This document shows, in pieces, positions 1-13,030 of a stretch of 64,000 bases of DNA (position 1 is the stretch's first letter; every line of letters starts with the position of its first letter). A program made the translations under genes and the position numbers. Below the pieces are notes generated by a model. The model did no database searches. It saw only the letters and a program-made list of their open reading frames with translations, and had not been told where the DNA came from. The stretch is from Lepidodermella squamata (Eukaryota > Animalia > Gastrotricha): NCBI GenBank assembly GCA_047495785.1, contig JBLDXI010000020.1, forward strand, positions 2,418,001-2,482,000, written 5' to 3'.

Positions 1-298
1 CAGTTGGCTGAGTTTACAAAATCTGCATATCTCGAAGTGGATCAACAAAAAATAGATTATATCAAAATCAGCAATTTTCATAAGAGTATTGATAAAATTT
101 TAAAATCTCAATGCTATCACAACGTTGCGTTCAGGCAAAAATTGATTATTATTTATCTTTGAAGACAATTATAATATTTAAAAATTAAAAGTATATAAAT
201 TCACTGTGGTTGAACGATAAGCAGTAAATCGTCATAATATCTATGCGCATGCAATTTTGGCATCAAACTGTACAATGAAGAGCAAACAAATATCCAGC

Positions 299-3200
299 TT
301 AAAAATCCTCGGCGGCACGTGAAAATCTAGCTCCCATCGCACTCGGCGGTCGGCCGGGTGAATTCAGGCGGGGTGTGATGCTTGTAGGGGGTCCTAATTG
401 GCTAGACGGCGAAATCGGTCTTCGAAGCCCGAGTGAGGCAGAAGTTGGCAAGGGTCCGAGGGCGGAAGGAGAAGAGGGCCGACTAGAGTAGGGCGACGTT
501 GATTCCGTCTTACCCACCATACTAGTGATCTGAGGCGTACTAGAGCTTGTCGTAATTGGCGGTCTAGGACTGGCATGGGTGCTACCAGCATCCCCACTAG
601 GGACTGGAATCAAATCGCGCGATATCTGGAAGTCGCCCTTCTCCTTCGACAGCCAGTTCTTGCACGGGAACGTCCATTTCTTGCCAGTATTTTTATTCGT
701 AATTTCAATCCGCTCGAGGAACCAGCTGCGGCGCCAGCTAGAATTATCGTGCTCAACTTTAACCTTGGTTAACTCGCCCAAGTCGAGAGCTTCTATCGTG
801 AACGTATCGGTCTGGCCATTCTCGAATAAATTTTTCCACTTTTGCTTCAACTCGCGTTTCCCAGTATCGCCCAATTCGCCGAAAATTGTGACCGAAACAT
901 TGGCATCCGTGCCTTGGTCACCAGTGACAACCGAAATTTCGTATTTTGTCGGCTGAGAAGCTGTAGAAAAAATTATTAAAAAAATTAAATTCAAAAGAAT
1001 TACACTTACATCTCACAGCTTTGACCATTCCAGTTTCGACCTTTTTCAGGTAAAGATCTGTCCCACTTTCGCCAGCATGGCGACCAACAGCGATCTCTCG
1101 GTCGCAAGGGAAAACGAATTTGTCACCCGTTGTCACATCAGTAACTGTCACATCCTTGCAGAGCCAGCGATCGCGATCAGAATGATGGTCATTAGTCGAC
1201 CGGACTAGACCTATCGTTACCCGGGTGATTTTACCCAGAGGCCGCGAGTCGGTTTTGAAGACATCGGTTTGGCCAGTTCGCAAAATTTGATTCCGCGGCG
1301 AGTTTTCGAACAACAATTCTTTCGACGAAGCCTTTTCGCCATGTAAAACAATCCATGGGCTGTGGACCGATGCGGAACCAGCTGCTTCGGCGGTTGTAAA
1401 CGCGATTTCGTACATGGCCCGATCGCCGTGGGCGTGGCTGGTCTGAGCCGGGCTAGCGCAGGCTAGTTCTCGAACCAGCTGTTTATCGTCCTCGGATTTC
1501 GATAGCCAGCGATTGCACGGGAAATCGTACCATTTATTCGTGCTAGTATCCTGGATTCGAACCGACTCCAAATGCCACGACGAGCCAAGCCCGGAATTAT
1601 CATGCCAGATTCGAACTTTGGTCAACTCGCCAAGGCTGTAGACGTCATTCAACGCGAACACATCCTCATTGCCACTTTGGAACGGGCTGTTGTGAGTTTC
1701 GGATTTTTTCAGCCTTACTTCACCTGAATCGCCGTTTTGGCCGAAGATGATGGCGAAAACTCTTGCACTAGTTCCTGATCCGGATAACGAGCTAGTCTTC
1801 ACATGGATTTTATAGCTGACTTTAGCCAACATATCACGGCCTCGAGCTGTAGTTGGGACCAAATCATACACCAGCTTTTTCTCATCCTTCTTATCGCTGA
1901 TCCAATGCCCGCATTTGAAGTGAGTCGTTTCCATCGTCCGAGCGTTGAGAACGTCGATTGAGTCCAAAAACCAATCAGTTCTATCGCCTTTTTTCGTATG
2001 GGTGACTCGAAGGCGGATAGGTTTGCCGACATCTTCCAATTCCAGCTTAATCGTATCATTCGAAGCTCGTTCGAACCGATCAGCTGTTTTTTCAACCACA
2101 ATTTCACCCGTCGATTTTGCCTCGCCGAATAATGTGAACAAAATGTTAGAACTTGTCCCAGCGTCTTGCACATCGCCAGTTCTGAAGGTTATCTCATACG
2201 GAACCTCTGCAAATTGTATATCAAATTTTTTAAATATTGAAAAAAGAAACGATTGATTTTTTGATACAATCAAGCAGTTTATTATTTTTGAAATTTCAAA
2301 CCAGAATAAACATTTACTTCGAAGTTCGAACAAATTTGTTAAGAATTTTTTTACTGCTATACTTCACTTCACATCCAAAACGAGTGCAAAGTTAGTAGTA
2401 CCTATCTAAATTTCACGTGCGGTTTTTAACGGGGTCAAGGTTGTGTCAATTGTTAATTGAGTTAGTTCATTCAAAAATAATTGGCCAATTAAATCACGAG
2501 TCAACATTCAAATAAATAGGTTGTAGATCTATGTCAACTTCTTTCTTTTGGCTTCAATTTGACTTGTCTAAAATAGGAAAGCAGGTGCTTGTTGAACTTG
2601 AAAAATAAATAAAACAAAAATAAATTTTTGATTCCAAATCTATATGGTAACATTTTAGAATTATCTCAAAAAATCTTACTTGGCTTAAATGTTGAGATTT
2701 GCTGGTCTGATATAGGTACGATTCGAACTGTCCGTCCATCGCCGTGCTCTTTCGCAAGCCAGTTATTGAAGGGGATGACGTAACGTTTCCCTCGAGTCGG
2801 CACCTCTAAGATAATCTCATCAACCAACCAGCCGCTGCCCGGTGAATCGCCATCATGACCCAGCTCGATTTCCCGAATGTCGCCAATATCAGCAGCTTCA
2901 CAGTTGAAAACTTCATTCGACCCGGGTAAGAAGCCGTTATTATGGGGCAGTTGCAGGAATATCCGCCCGGTGTTCATCGGAGCATTTCCAGGTGATTGAT
3001 CCCTGCCTCCTCGGCTGAGGGCTGACTTCAAAGGAGCCGGGCCGAACAACTTGCACCAAGCATTTGCTTTCGTCCCGGCATCTTTATCCCGCGCAGTCCT
3101 AATTGTGATGACGTAAGGAATCACAGGACCCTCCGGGGCCTCTTCGATTGCAACACTTTGCCGGCGGTTGATGCGAGTTTTGTTCGATAGCGACGAGTCA

Positions 3201-6200
3201 ACGCTGACCTGCGAACCGAGGCGAGCCGAGACGCGGCTCGAAGTTACCGAATTTTTATCGCCATCGTAATTCTTCTCCCACAAAACTCGTTCAATCTTCT
3301 TATCGTCATGACTCGACGACAGCCAACGCTCGCAGTGGAAAACAAAGGTATGGTTAGTCATCGTATCGACAAGTTCAACTTTATCGAGGAACCACGCTGA
3401 TTTGAATAGGCTAGAATTGTCATGCCGGATTTTGCATTTGATCGGCGTGCCTAGATCAACGGCTGAAATTTCGAACTCGTCCATTTGATTGCGTTCAAAT
3501 TTGTTCATGTTTTGCGATTTTGTCAACTTGTGCTCGCCTGTGTCGGAATTTTCGCTGTAGAATGTCACGAAGACGTTTGCGTCTGAACCGGCTCCTGGCT
3601 TGTCAGCAGTATATACGCGGCATTTGTACTTTTTCTCTGTGAAAAAATGAAAAATTACGTTATTTCATTCATAAAAAATTGGACCCAATTAGAAAAAAAC
3701 CAATTCGAAGACTGAATTTTTACAAATATTTTCGGTTTCTATCATAGGGGTTCCTCGGTGCTTTCAAAACCATGCTTGAATTTGATTGGCATGCATGTTT
3801 TGATATGGCGCAAAGTGAGACCCGATTTACTGCTAATTACTAATATTACCAAGAATTTTCTGCAGGTTCCAGGTCCGCCCGCCCAATGTTCAAAGCGAGC
3901 AATCGAACATTACTCGCGAAAATCAAAACATGGAATTTCGAGACTGGTTTTCAACGACATTCACGATGCATGGCACGATGAGGAGATTCAAGTGAGGAAC
4001 TAATTAATAGTTCATTGGGTGAATAAATATTTGTATTCAAGTGTATTCAACTACAAGTGATACCGGACTGACACAATGCTATTTGAAAAACAAACCGTCA
4101 TGCGCCGATGTTTCCACGGGCATTTCCTTGGGCATTTCAAATTTAGGCTTTTCAACTACGGGGCGAACTTATTATTCAAATAATATTGGGGAATTATTAA
4201 AAATATTCGATTTATAAGACTGAACAAATTACCAATTGGCTTCTCTCGCTCGGTCATGACTTGTTTAATGGCGCCATCACGGCCAACGAATTCATCCAAA
4301 ACCTTGTCAGGAACGAGTTCTCGCACGATTTGCTTATCCTCCTCAGATTTGTCGAACCATCGATTGCACGGGAAATTCCACATGCGCTTGTCTGTAGTGC
4401 TAAGTTCGCCGGTAATCGGGTTCGAGACGAATTTGCGAATTTCAACATGGTCCATATGCCAGCCAGGACCCATGCCGGAATTGTCGTGGCCAATGCGAAT
4501 TTTAGTGATGTCATTGCCAACATCTGGTAAGTCGAGGACAAACGTGTCAATGCTGCCATCTTCGAACCTTTTCGCCCGTTCCTCCTTCGACGAACACAGC
4601 GATTTATTGCCAGTGTTCCCGTCAGGTCCGTAAATATTGACGAAAACATCGGCGTCTGTGCCGGCGCCGCGTTTTTTCGACGTGAAAACCGTGATTTCAT
4701 ACGGCACATGGGGTACGAAATCTTCAGTCGCCAACTCTTGCGGGTACAAATCACGTTCGATTTTCTTATCGCCCTTATCTTTGGAAAACCACTGTTTGAC
4801 AGGGAAATTCCACCGGCGGCCAAGACGCGGCGCCTCGATGACAACCTTCTCGACAAGCCAATCAGGCCCAGCGCTGGAATTATCATGGCCTAATTTGATC
4901 TTCTTAAGATCGCCAACATCCATGAGTTTGAACTCGAAACGATCAGTTTGCCCATTCTCAAACTTATTCGAATGAGTTTTCGAATTTTTCAGCCACAATT
5001 GGTCGGTGGTCTGCTCTGAGCCGTAAAGCGTGATGTAGACATTTGCATCGGTACCTGACCCAATTTCTTTCCCGGTTACCACATCGATATGGTAAGTTGT
5101 TAACGCGGCATTTTCTTCGAGGGTTGAATTGCTGAGCATACTTGAGGCTTTCCGTTCCAGGACTCGCTTCTTATCTTCAGGCCGCAGAGCTGGTAAATCT
5201 TTGAAAATGCTCTTGTCTTTGCCTGTTCCGATCCAGTCGTTGCAACGGAAGAACCAGCTGTAAAATTTCATTAATAAACGAAAAATTCCTTAATTTGAAT
5301 TCACTCACTTGTTTCCTGTTTTCATATCAATGACGTCAACATGGCTGAGGTACCAGTCGGATCCTGGCCCGGAGGCATCTGTCCGAATGTGAAGTTTCTT
5401 CAAAATCTTGCCCAGGTACGGGATATTTTTCAGCAGGAAAATATCAGTCTGATTGCGTTCGAACTTGTCGCGTTTCGCCCCTGATTGATCCTTTAACAGC
5501 GAGTCTTTCAGCACAATCAACCCAGTTTCTCCATTATCGCCGAATAAATTGATGGAAACGTTAGAATTGGTACCAGCGCCAATAACATCGCCGGTAACCA
5601 CTCGAACTTCATATTCAGCCATATCGATATTTGATAGGAAATTGCCGCGCTCGTCTTGGGGCAAGAAAACGCGAACAATTTGCTTGTCATCCTCGTCCTT
5701 AGCGAACCATTTGTTGATGAAAAACCAGTAAGTTTCGACGTTATCTTGAGTTTGAGGGGCGTCTTGAATCGGTTTTCCTGATTTCAAATCGTGCATGCTC
5801 GGCCGCCGGTGTGCGGTTTTCAGGCGCTGTAGCATGACTTTTTCGACAAACCAACCCGGACTGCCGCCGGAATTATCGTGACCAATGCGCATTTTTTGAA
5901 TCGCGCCAACATCAGCCGCGTTAAACTTGAAAATAAATCAAATATTTAATCAGCAAAATTCAAAGTAAACATGTTTGCATCGCTACAAAGCAATTTCTAG
6001 TGAATTTCCAGTCAAAGCAGCACATTCTAAAGCCATGTAAAATTTTTATTTCAAAATAGCTCCCAAATTGTAAAATTGAACCGTATAAAAATTGACCAGA
6101 CAAATTACCACTACCAAGGCGTGAATTACGATAAAAAATAACGAATTAAATAAGGCTTATTATGTGACGTGATTTTACAGGTATGTTCTCGGAATCTGCT

Positions 6201-9200
6201 TCTATCGTAAGCGTCGTAAAAAAATAAATATAACCAAAAATGCACGGCGAATCATGCACAAGGCAGTAGTAATATCGGTGACATAAGTAAGAAATATCAG
6301 CCCACGGAATGAATTGTAAAACTCAAGAAGGTCAATTATCAAGTCATTATTGTTATTTGTCGGTTTTGTCATCTTTTTTGTGACTGTACAAGATTGTCCG
6401 GGATTTTTCATGATTTTGGCTAGAGCTCTTTTTATTCAGGGTAGAAAAGGAGTTCAAGTACGTCACCTTTTTTGACGTATTCTTTGAGAATTACCCGTTT
6501 AGAAATAAGAGGAAACAAAACACAAAATAAATCAATGAAATAAACGTTGGTGTGAAGTTTAAATTTAAATACCTTGAACGTTTCCTTTGATCCGGATTCA
6601 AAATTGTTCGACTTATCGTCCAGCTTAATTTCATCGGTTTTCTTGTTGTTTTCGCCAAAAAGTTGGACAAAAACATTTGCATCCGTACCAGAGCCCCGTT
6701 CCTTACCGGTCCAAATGGTAATTTCATATGGTGCAGCTGAAAATGAAAAAAAATCCTAGTAAGAACATGGAGTATAATTTTGAGATAGAAAATATGTGCT
6801 CGATAAATATAAGAAAATCTGCGTTCGAGAACATATCTAGGACGGACAATATAGTCGCTAAAAACTGTACCCGTTGAAATTATCGTTATTTCGTCTATTA
6901 ATTTACAGTATTTCATTAATTCAAATTGACACATAAAAAACGACAAAATGTCCCTTTCGGACGAACAAGTACCTTTTTCGACTTCCTTCATCGAAGTAAC
7001 AGGAAGCACGACTTCTCCATCGCTGGCTTTAATCCAGCGACGAGCTGGGCAGAGATACTCAAGGCCAAGCTGTGGCACGTTTATAGTCACGTCCTCGAGG
7101 TACCAATCAGCTCCTCCACCGCCTCCGTCATGGCTGACCTTGATCTGCTTCAGTTTGCCGATATCGTCAAGTTCAAAGGTAAATTTATCGACGTTATTCC
7201 GCTCGAATTTGTTAACAGTGTGCGTGTCTGATGTTTTTAGGGGCATTCGGGAAGTCTCCAATTTTTCGCCTCCAAAAGTGATGAAAACATTTGCATCCGT
7301 TCCGGCGCCGAGTACATCGCCAGTTTTCACCAAAACTTCGTGCGTTATTTCTAAATAGACAAAAATGAATAGACTTATAGTGAAATAAAATAAGCTACTC
7401 ACTTTTAATCGCAAGGGATCCAAATTCGGTTAGGTCGCGTTCAATTTGACCATCGTCTTCGTCTTTCGCCAGCCAGCGATTGCATGGGAATATCTGCTCG
7501 GGACCACCTTTTCCACTCAGTTCTTTCACCAACACCTTTTCCAAATACCACCCAGGCGCGCCTCCACTATTGTCATGGCCAATGCGAACGCTCTTGATGC
7601 GCTTCAGGTCAACGGCTTCGATTATGAATACATCGGTCTGTTGAAAATTAAACGATGAAAATTTCAACTCTCAATTCATTAGAATTATTCAGCCACTGAC
7701 GAGACAACATGTCTGATGCGATAAGTACCGCTAAGATTTGTGAATAATTACGAAAATAACGTAAAACTTCTCACCGAGCCTGTTTCAAATAATTTCTGAC
7801 AACACGATCAAATGAAAGCTGAATTTATGTACTAGTAATTATTGTAGATGGCTTACTTGTCCTGTTTCAAATTTGTTCTTGTTGGTTGAGGATTTTTTCA
7901 GAGGCCGATCGCCAGTATCACCGCGTTCACCATTCAAGCAGCAGTAAACATTTGCATCGGTACCAGATCCCATTTTGTTGCCAGTTACGACGCTGACCTG
8001 GTATTTAAGCAATGGAAGAGGCTCTCTGATGCCGTCACCCGTCGCCGGTAATTCTCGAATTATTTCACCATCCTCCTCATCGACGGCAAGCCATCGACGG
8101 CAAGGGAAGGTATAATGCCGACTTCCGCTGGCAGCTTCAATCTACAAGGCAAAATATTTTAAATCATGGTAGATACTCAGGTAATCCAGCACGAACCTTA
8201 TCCAAATGCCAACCCGGGGCAGCGCCTTTGTTATCATGCCACACGCGAAGTTTATAAGGAGTTCCAATGTCTTCAGCTGGAACAACAATATCGTCGATTT
8301 TGCCGGTTTCAAACTTTTGACCCGCCCCCTCGAATCGCAGCATTTTCGTCTTGCCCTTGTCGCCGTATAGCATAACAAACACATGGGCGTCTGTTCCAGA
8401 TCCCGTCAAGTTCGATGTGAACACGCGGAAATGCCATTGAGTTGTATCGCCTGTGTGGTTAAAGTTACGAGTTAAAAATGAATAAAATATTGTCAAAAAG
8501 AAAGCGATGGGGCAAAAAAATTAAAATGGCCAGGTATAGCTTATGTTTCACTTCAGCAACATAGAAATGATCAAATGCCTGAATAACAAACCATATTTTT
8601 GCGATTTATCCGATACTTGAATGTTTCAAATCATCAGTACCAACCTGAATTTGCGAAAAAAAAGTTGGTTACTTACCATATTTCTCATCACCCATCTGCC
8701 CAGGTACAAGCTCAACCCATACGTGACCGCGCGATCTGTCACCGCCAATCCATCGCCGACATGGGAATTCAGTGATTCGGCTATCGTCGAGATCTTCAAC
8801 GATTACTTTCATGAGGTACCAGCCGGGATGAATGCCATTGTTGCAGTTTCGGATTCTTATCTTACGAAGAACACCAACCGAAGGCATTCTGAGTAAAAAC
8901 GCATCTTCACTAGCGCGTTCGAATACCCGCAAGTAGGGCGTTTCCAGGCGCACACTTTCCGAGGTACCGAGCTCTCCAATGAGCTGAATGAATATATCTG
9001 AGTCTGTGCCTGCGTCTGGTTGCTTTCCTGTATATGTGATGACTTTATAGCGGCGCTCTTTGCGTCCATCCAGGGGATGTAAAGAGGCTGGGAATTCTCG
9101 AGATATAACGCCGTCATCGTCGTGTATACTGAGCCAGCATCCACAAGCGAAGAAGTAGCGCTCGCGAGGATCGTCACGATTGCTTATCACAATTCGCTCG

Positions 9201-10690
9201 ACAAACCACCGTGGTTGCAAGCCAGTGTTGTCGTGTTCAATTCTGAAATTAGCATTGGATAATCCGAATATTCGGAATAAACCATTAACCCAAAGCATAC
9301 CTGATCTTTTTTAGACGACCCACATTTCTCGCTCGCACCACGAATCTATCAGTTTGACCTCGACGGAAACACCATCGCTTGCGGTTCTTTAGCGGCAATC
9401 TATCAGTGTGACCTTTCTTTCCAAATAACGTCACAAAAACATTTGCATCAGTTTCGCAGTTGTCTCGGTCTCCGGTAATCACGACAATTTCATAATCTAC
9501 GAGGCGTTAAAAAGTTTAGATAGCAGGAATGAATAGGAGAAATGAATCTTATACCAGCAACTTCAATCCGCTCGGCGTACAATTCGCGGCAAATTTTTCC
9601 ATCGCTCTTGTATGCCGACAGCCAATCGTTGCACGTGAAATGCCATGTGTAATTTCGAGTAATGTTGGCTATTTCAACATACTCCACGAACCAGCCATCC
9701 TTTTTCTCCAAGCCGTCATGCTGAAAAAAAATCATGTCAGCTACAAGTTTCCAGTATCAAAAATAAGTTTACCTCCAAAATTATAGACCTCAAATCTCCG
9801 AGGTCTGGCGAGTAAACTTTGAATGAATGCACTGAACCGGGGGCAAAATGAAACGGTCGAACGTTCGCGCTAGATGGACGTTCTCCTTCCTTTAAAGGTC
9901 TTTTAAGCCGAATTTTATTAAGCTTTCCTCGAATTCCGTTGATGCGGAGGAAAACATTCGCATAGGTACCAGCATTCGGCATATCGCCAGTCGCGATTAT
10001 AACCTTGTAAACAGCGCAAGCATCGACACTGCCCATACCTTTGCCCGCAATGGTTGTTTTCGGGCGAGAATCCTATCAGTCACTAAATAAATAAATTCTT
10101 GATTTCTTCAAGTATTCTCACCTCTCTATTAACTATGAACTTTCTCCGATAATATTCCTCAAGATGGGGGTCCTCCAAAGAATTGTATAATGGAATGTCA
10201 GCTGTTTTTGTCGGAGCCGCTTGCTGCGAATCCGCTCGAAGCACCACCGGGTTGTCAAAAGCTGAAAAATAATCATCAAGTTGTTTATTTGGATAAATCA
10301 AAATTATATACATTGAGTGAATGATCGACTTCGCTTGAGTTGTTTATTGACGTAATGGGAAACTTGATGGTTGTGGTGTGAGTCGTTGAAACATGGCGCA
10401 CAAGGGCCAGCGTGACTGTAATTGACTCTAGCAATTCCACCAGTCGACGGACGCGGAGGTCTCATACGGCTCACATGATTACTTTGAGGAATATCTTCAA
10501 ACGCTGCGTAAGGAGGAATAACCACGTGGGAGCTTCTGTGATCGTGATTGCCCATGTCATAGTGAGAATGTGAGCTTCGAATCAACGCCATCTGATTATG
10601 GGCTGATTCATAGGGATCATGAAAATAAGCCATTCCTGATCAGGAATATGAACAAAGCTATGCGTTGTAAGTGCCAGATGGCTTACTCAT
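299..10690 (-). CDS. LOXHD1: Lipoxygenase homology PLAT-repeat protein (LOXHD1-like), multi-exon, about 16 PLAT/LH2 domains, with an N-terminal extension and an S/P-rich tail
   Basis: Minus-strand ORFs repeatedly show the PLAT pattern Y.I.V.TG...AGTDA.V...L.G..G...FE.G..D.F...DLG....I.HDN....PGW.L..V...F.C..WL..D.I.REL. Checked junctions are phase-compatible, e.g. KYG|gtaagt at ~8677 joins cag|GC GAT ACA at ~8451. The start is either ATG 10633 or ATG-A|gtaagc at 10690; the stop is at 299. Confidence 0.9.
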
Positions 10691-10735
10691 AACTTTTTTG
10701 CCGAATAATGAATGAAAAAATTAGGCAAACTGTGC

Positions 10736-10751
10736 GTTGCTAAGGTAAACA
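10736..10751. promoter_or_regulatory. Putative RFX X-box overlapping a forkhead site upstream of the LOXHD1-like gene
   Basis: GTTGCTAAGGTAAACA contains an X-box-like GTTGCT-AAG-GTAAAC and a forkhead core GTAAACA, about 50-100 nt upstream of the candidate starts. Confidence 0.35.
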
Positions 10752-12386
10752 TGAGTTACTATGTTTTTAGCAAAAAATAGAAAATCAAGAATCTATATAA
10801 ATTTAGAATTATACCTTGTTATTATCAAATTTTGGTGAAAACCATTTTTGGAGTAGTTACCCGCGACATCACTTTCTCCTGAAAACCCTTTTTTTCGGTT
10901 TTGGAAAGGTTCACCCTTCTTGTCAAGGTTCTTCGCTTTTCGCTGGAGTCTTGCGTGGGGCGCAGGGCGATGGGCGCACTAGGCACTGCTCTATGTTATA
11001 TTGTAGCACTGCTACTCAGGCTCAAACGGCTATTACGTATAAGTTCTTCGGTCTTCGGAAAGCTCGGATCTATTTTCGAACTTGATTTTCCGCTTTCTCG
11101 GTACAGCGAAACTTGAGTCAACTATGTTGGGGTCAGAAAATGCCGATATTTGTCTCGGACGAGGCAATTATGAACTTCTCGCCATTTTGAAAGGTCTCAC
11201 AAAGTCGGTCAGGCTAGATACTTGTGGCTCGGTCCACAGTAATAGGGTCGTAGTTTCCATAGCGAATCTGTCTCTTGTCTCCTGACTTCTGTGAATGAAT
11301 GAATGAATGATTTTTTATTGTTAAAGCGCCAGACTCTAACATAAGTATTCGAAATTATTATTGGTTTAATCAGCTTAGAGATTTAAGATGCAACGTTTTA
11401 AGAAATGTCTCACAATAATGTCGCCAATATATAATTCACTGAAAACCTCTATGCTTGGTGCGAATGCTGAAGAGTGCCGAAAAATGGCGTCATACCTCTA
11501 GAAGCTCCATGTGATATTTTAGTTTCTAGGGTTTCTATCGAACATCTAAGGATCGGCCTCCGTGGAAACGGGGCAATTGACAGACTCGATGGCAGCGCTC
11601 AGCGCATTGCAAGACATCGTAGACCTTAGTTTCTGGACATTTGACATGGTTCCACTGACGAGATGACCCTGTATGCCCCGTACGCGGTTTGAGATTAAGT
11701 TCAATATTTGGGTTTTGAACGTTTAATTCTAATGCCGGTAATTTGTAGCTTTTTCTCAGTTATGAGCTGGCATTGGGTCCGAATCTTTCCGTATCAATCG
11801 CCTTCGGCCTTAGTTCTAAGCGCGCTTTTAAGTTTGAGCGAATCCGCCTCTTAATTATTTCTCTTTTAATGACTTCACTTATTACTCGTTCTTCTCGGAG
11901 TTTGAATTAGCTGTTGTTTGCAGCAGCCTAAATCGTTGCTGACTTTTGGTGTGCGTTAATCCAAGATCTCAAATTTAGTTTCGCTTTTACTTATTCGCCG
12001 TTCTCTGGATTCATCGCCAACTTAATCCAGAGTCCGCATCGTTCGAATAAATTCTTAGAATTGTTAGGCTGATTCACCCATCTTATTTATCAATAATATG
12101 CAATTTATCCCGCTTGATTAGTCGTACATGAACGTATATGAACGTTGTTATGTTTTGAATTATGTAATATTCCTCGAAAGAACCGCGCGACGCGTGAAGG
12201 TAGAAGTTTCAATCTTTGCATCATGCAAACATGCTTTGACACCATCACGTGCAATTTTTCGGTATTTTCATGTTGAAATCTTATGTTGAATTATGATTCA
12301 ACACGTCATCTGCATGATAAGATTCGGTCTTGATAATCTTGATTGGCGATTCGTTTATCAATTAGGTTCTGTTTATTTTTGAAATA

Positions 12387-12804
12387 ATGTCATCAGCTGT
12401 TTATCGCGCCATCATTACAACTGCGGATCGCTTTGTACCGAACAAATTGCAGCCTATATGGAATCACCCGGCTGGGCCGAAAACAGTTTTCTTTTGGGCT
12501 CCAGCGTAAGTTCTCTGGAAAAATGATGTATGATGGAAACCTAAGATTATTTTGCAGCATTAAATGGGGCCTTGTCATTGCTGGCCTAAGTGACGTTATG
12601 CGACCCGCCGATAAGTTGAGTGCTTATCAGTCTGGCTCTCTTGCTCTGACTGGATCGATCTGGGCTCGATATGCGCTTGTTATAATACCCAAGAATTACA
12701 GTCTATTCGCTGTCAGCATCTCTGTCGCTTCGACAGGTTTCTTCCAGCTGGCGCGCATTGCCCATCATAAATCAACCTCTGCACCTAAGCCTGCTGAAGT
12801 CTAG
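12387..12804 (+). CDS. MPC2: Mitochondrial pyruvate carrier 2 (exons 12387-12505, 12558-12804)
   Basis: Spliced product reads MSSAVYRAII...LQPIWNHPAGPKTVFFWAPA|IKWGLVIAGLSD..RPADKLS..QS.SLALTG.IWARYALVIIPKNYSLFAV, the MPC2 signature. Confidence 0.95.
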
Positions 12805-13030
12805 GTTCTGCCTTGCCGAGTCTTCCGAAGAATCAACCCGAGGGAGTCTTACGAGTCCCCGGTGCTGTTGCCATCCTTTCGGTGCACTTTGTTTTGCCTG
12901 ATCAACATTGAAAATATTTTATTATACGTGATACCCAATAAACCCTCGCTAACTGTAGACATAGCATTTATTTATTACTTTTATTTTAGAGATATTAAAG
13001 AGAAATGTTTCACGTCGCAAGGTGAAAGCA

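Noticed and set aside
3849-3861. cag|AAAATTCTTG|gtaat as a possible LOXHD1 micro-exon
   Set aside because: A 10-nt exon would shift the frame between phase-1 neighbours.
8669-10633. A separate small PLAT gene upstream of LOXHD1
   Set aside because: Its ORF ends at a strong phase-1 donor matching the phase-1 acceptor at ~8451, so I treated it as part of one gene.
11797-11820. ATCGCCTTCGGCCTTAGTTCTAAG resembles the U2 snRNA 5' end
   Set aside because: The invariant branch-pairing GTGTAGTA does not follow, so this is probably a chance match.
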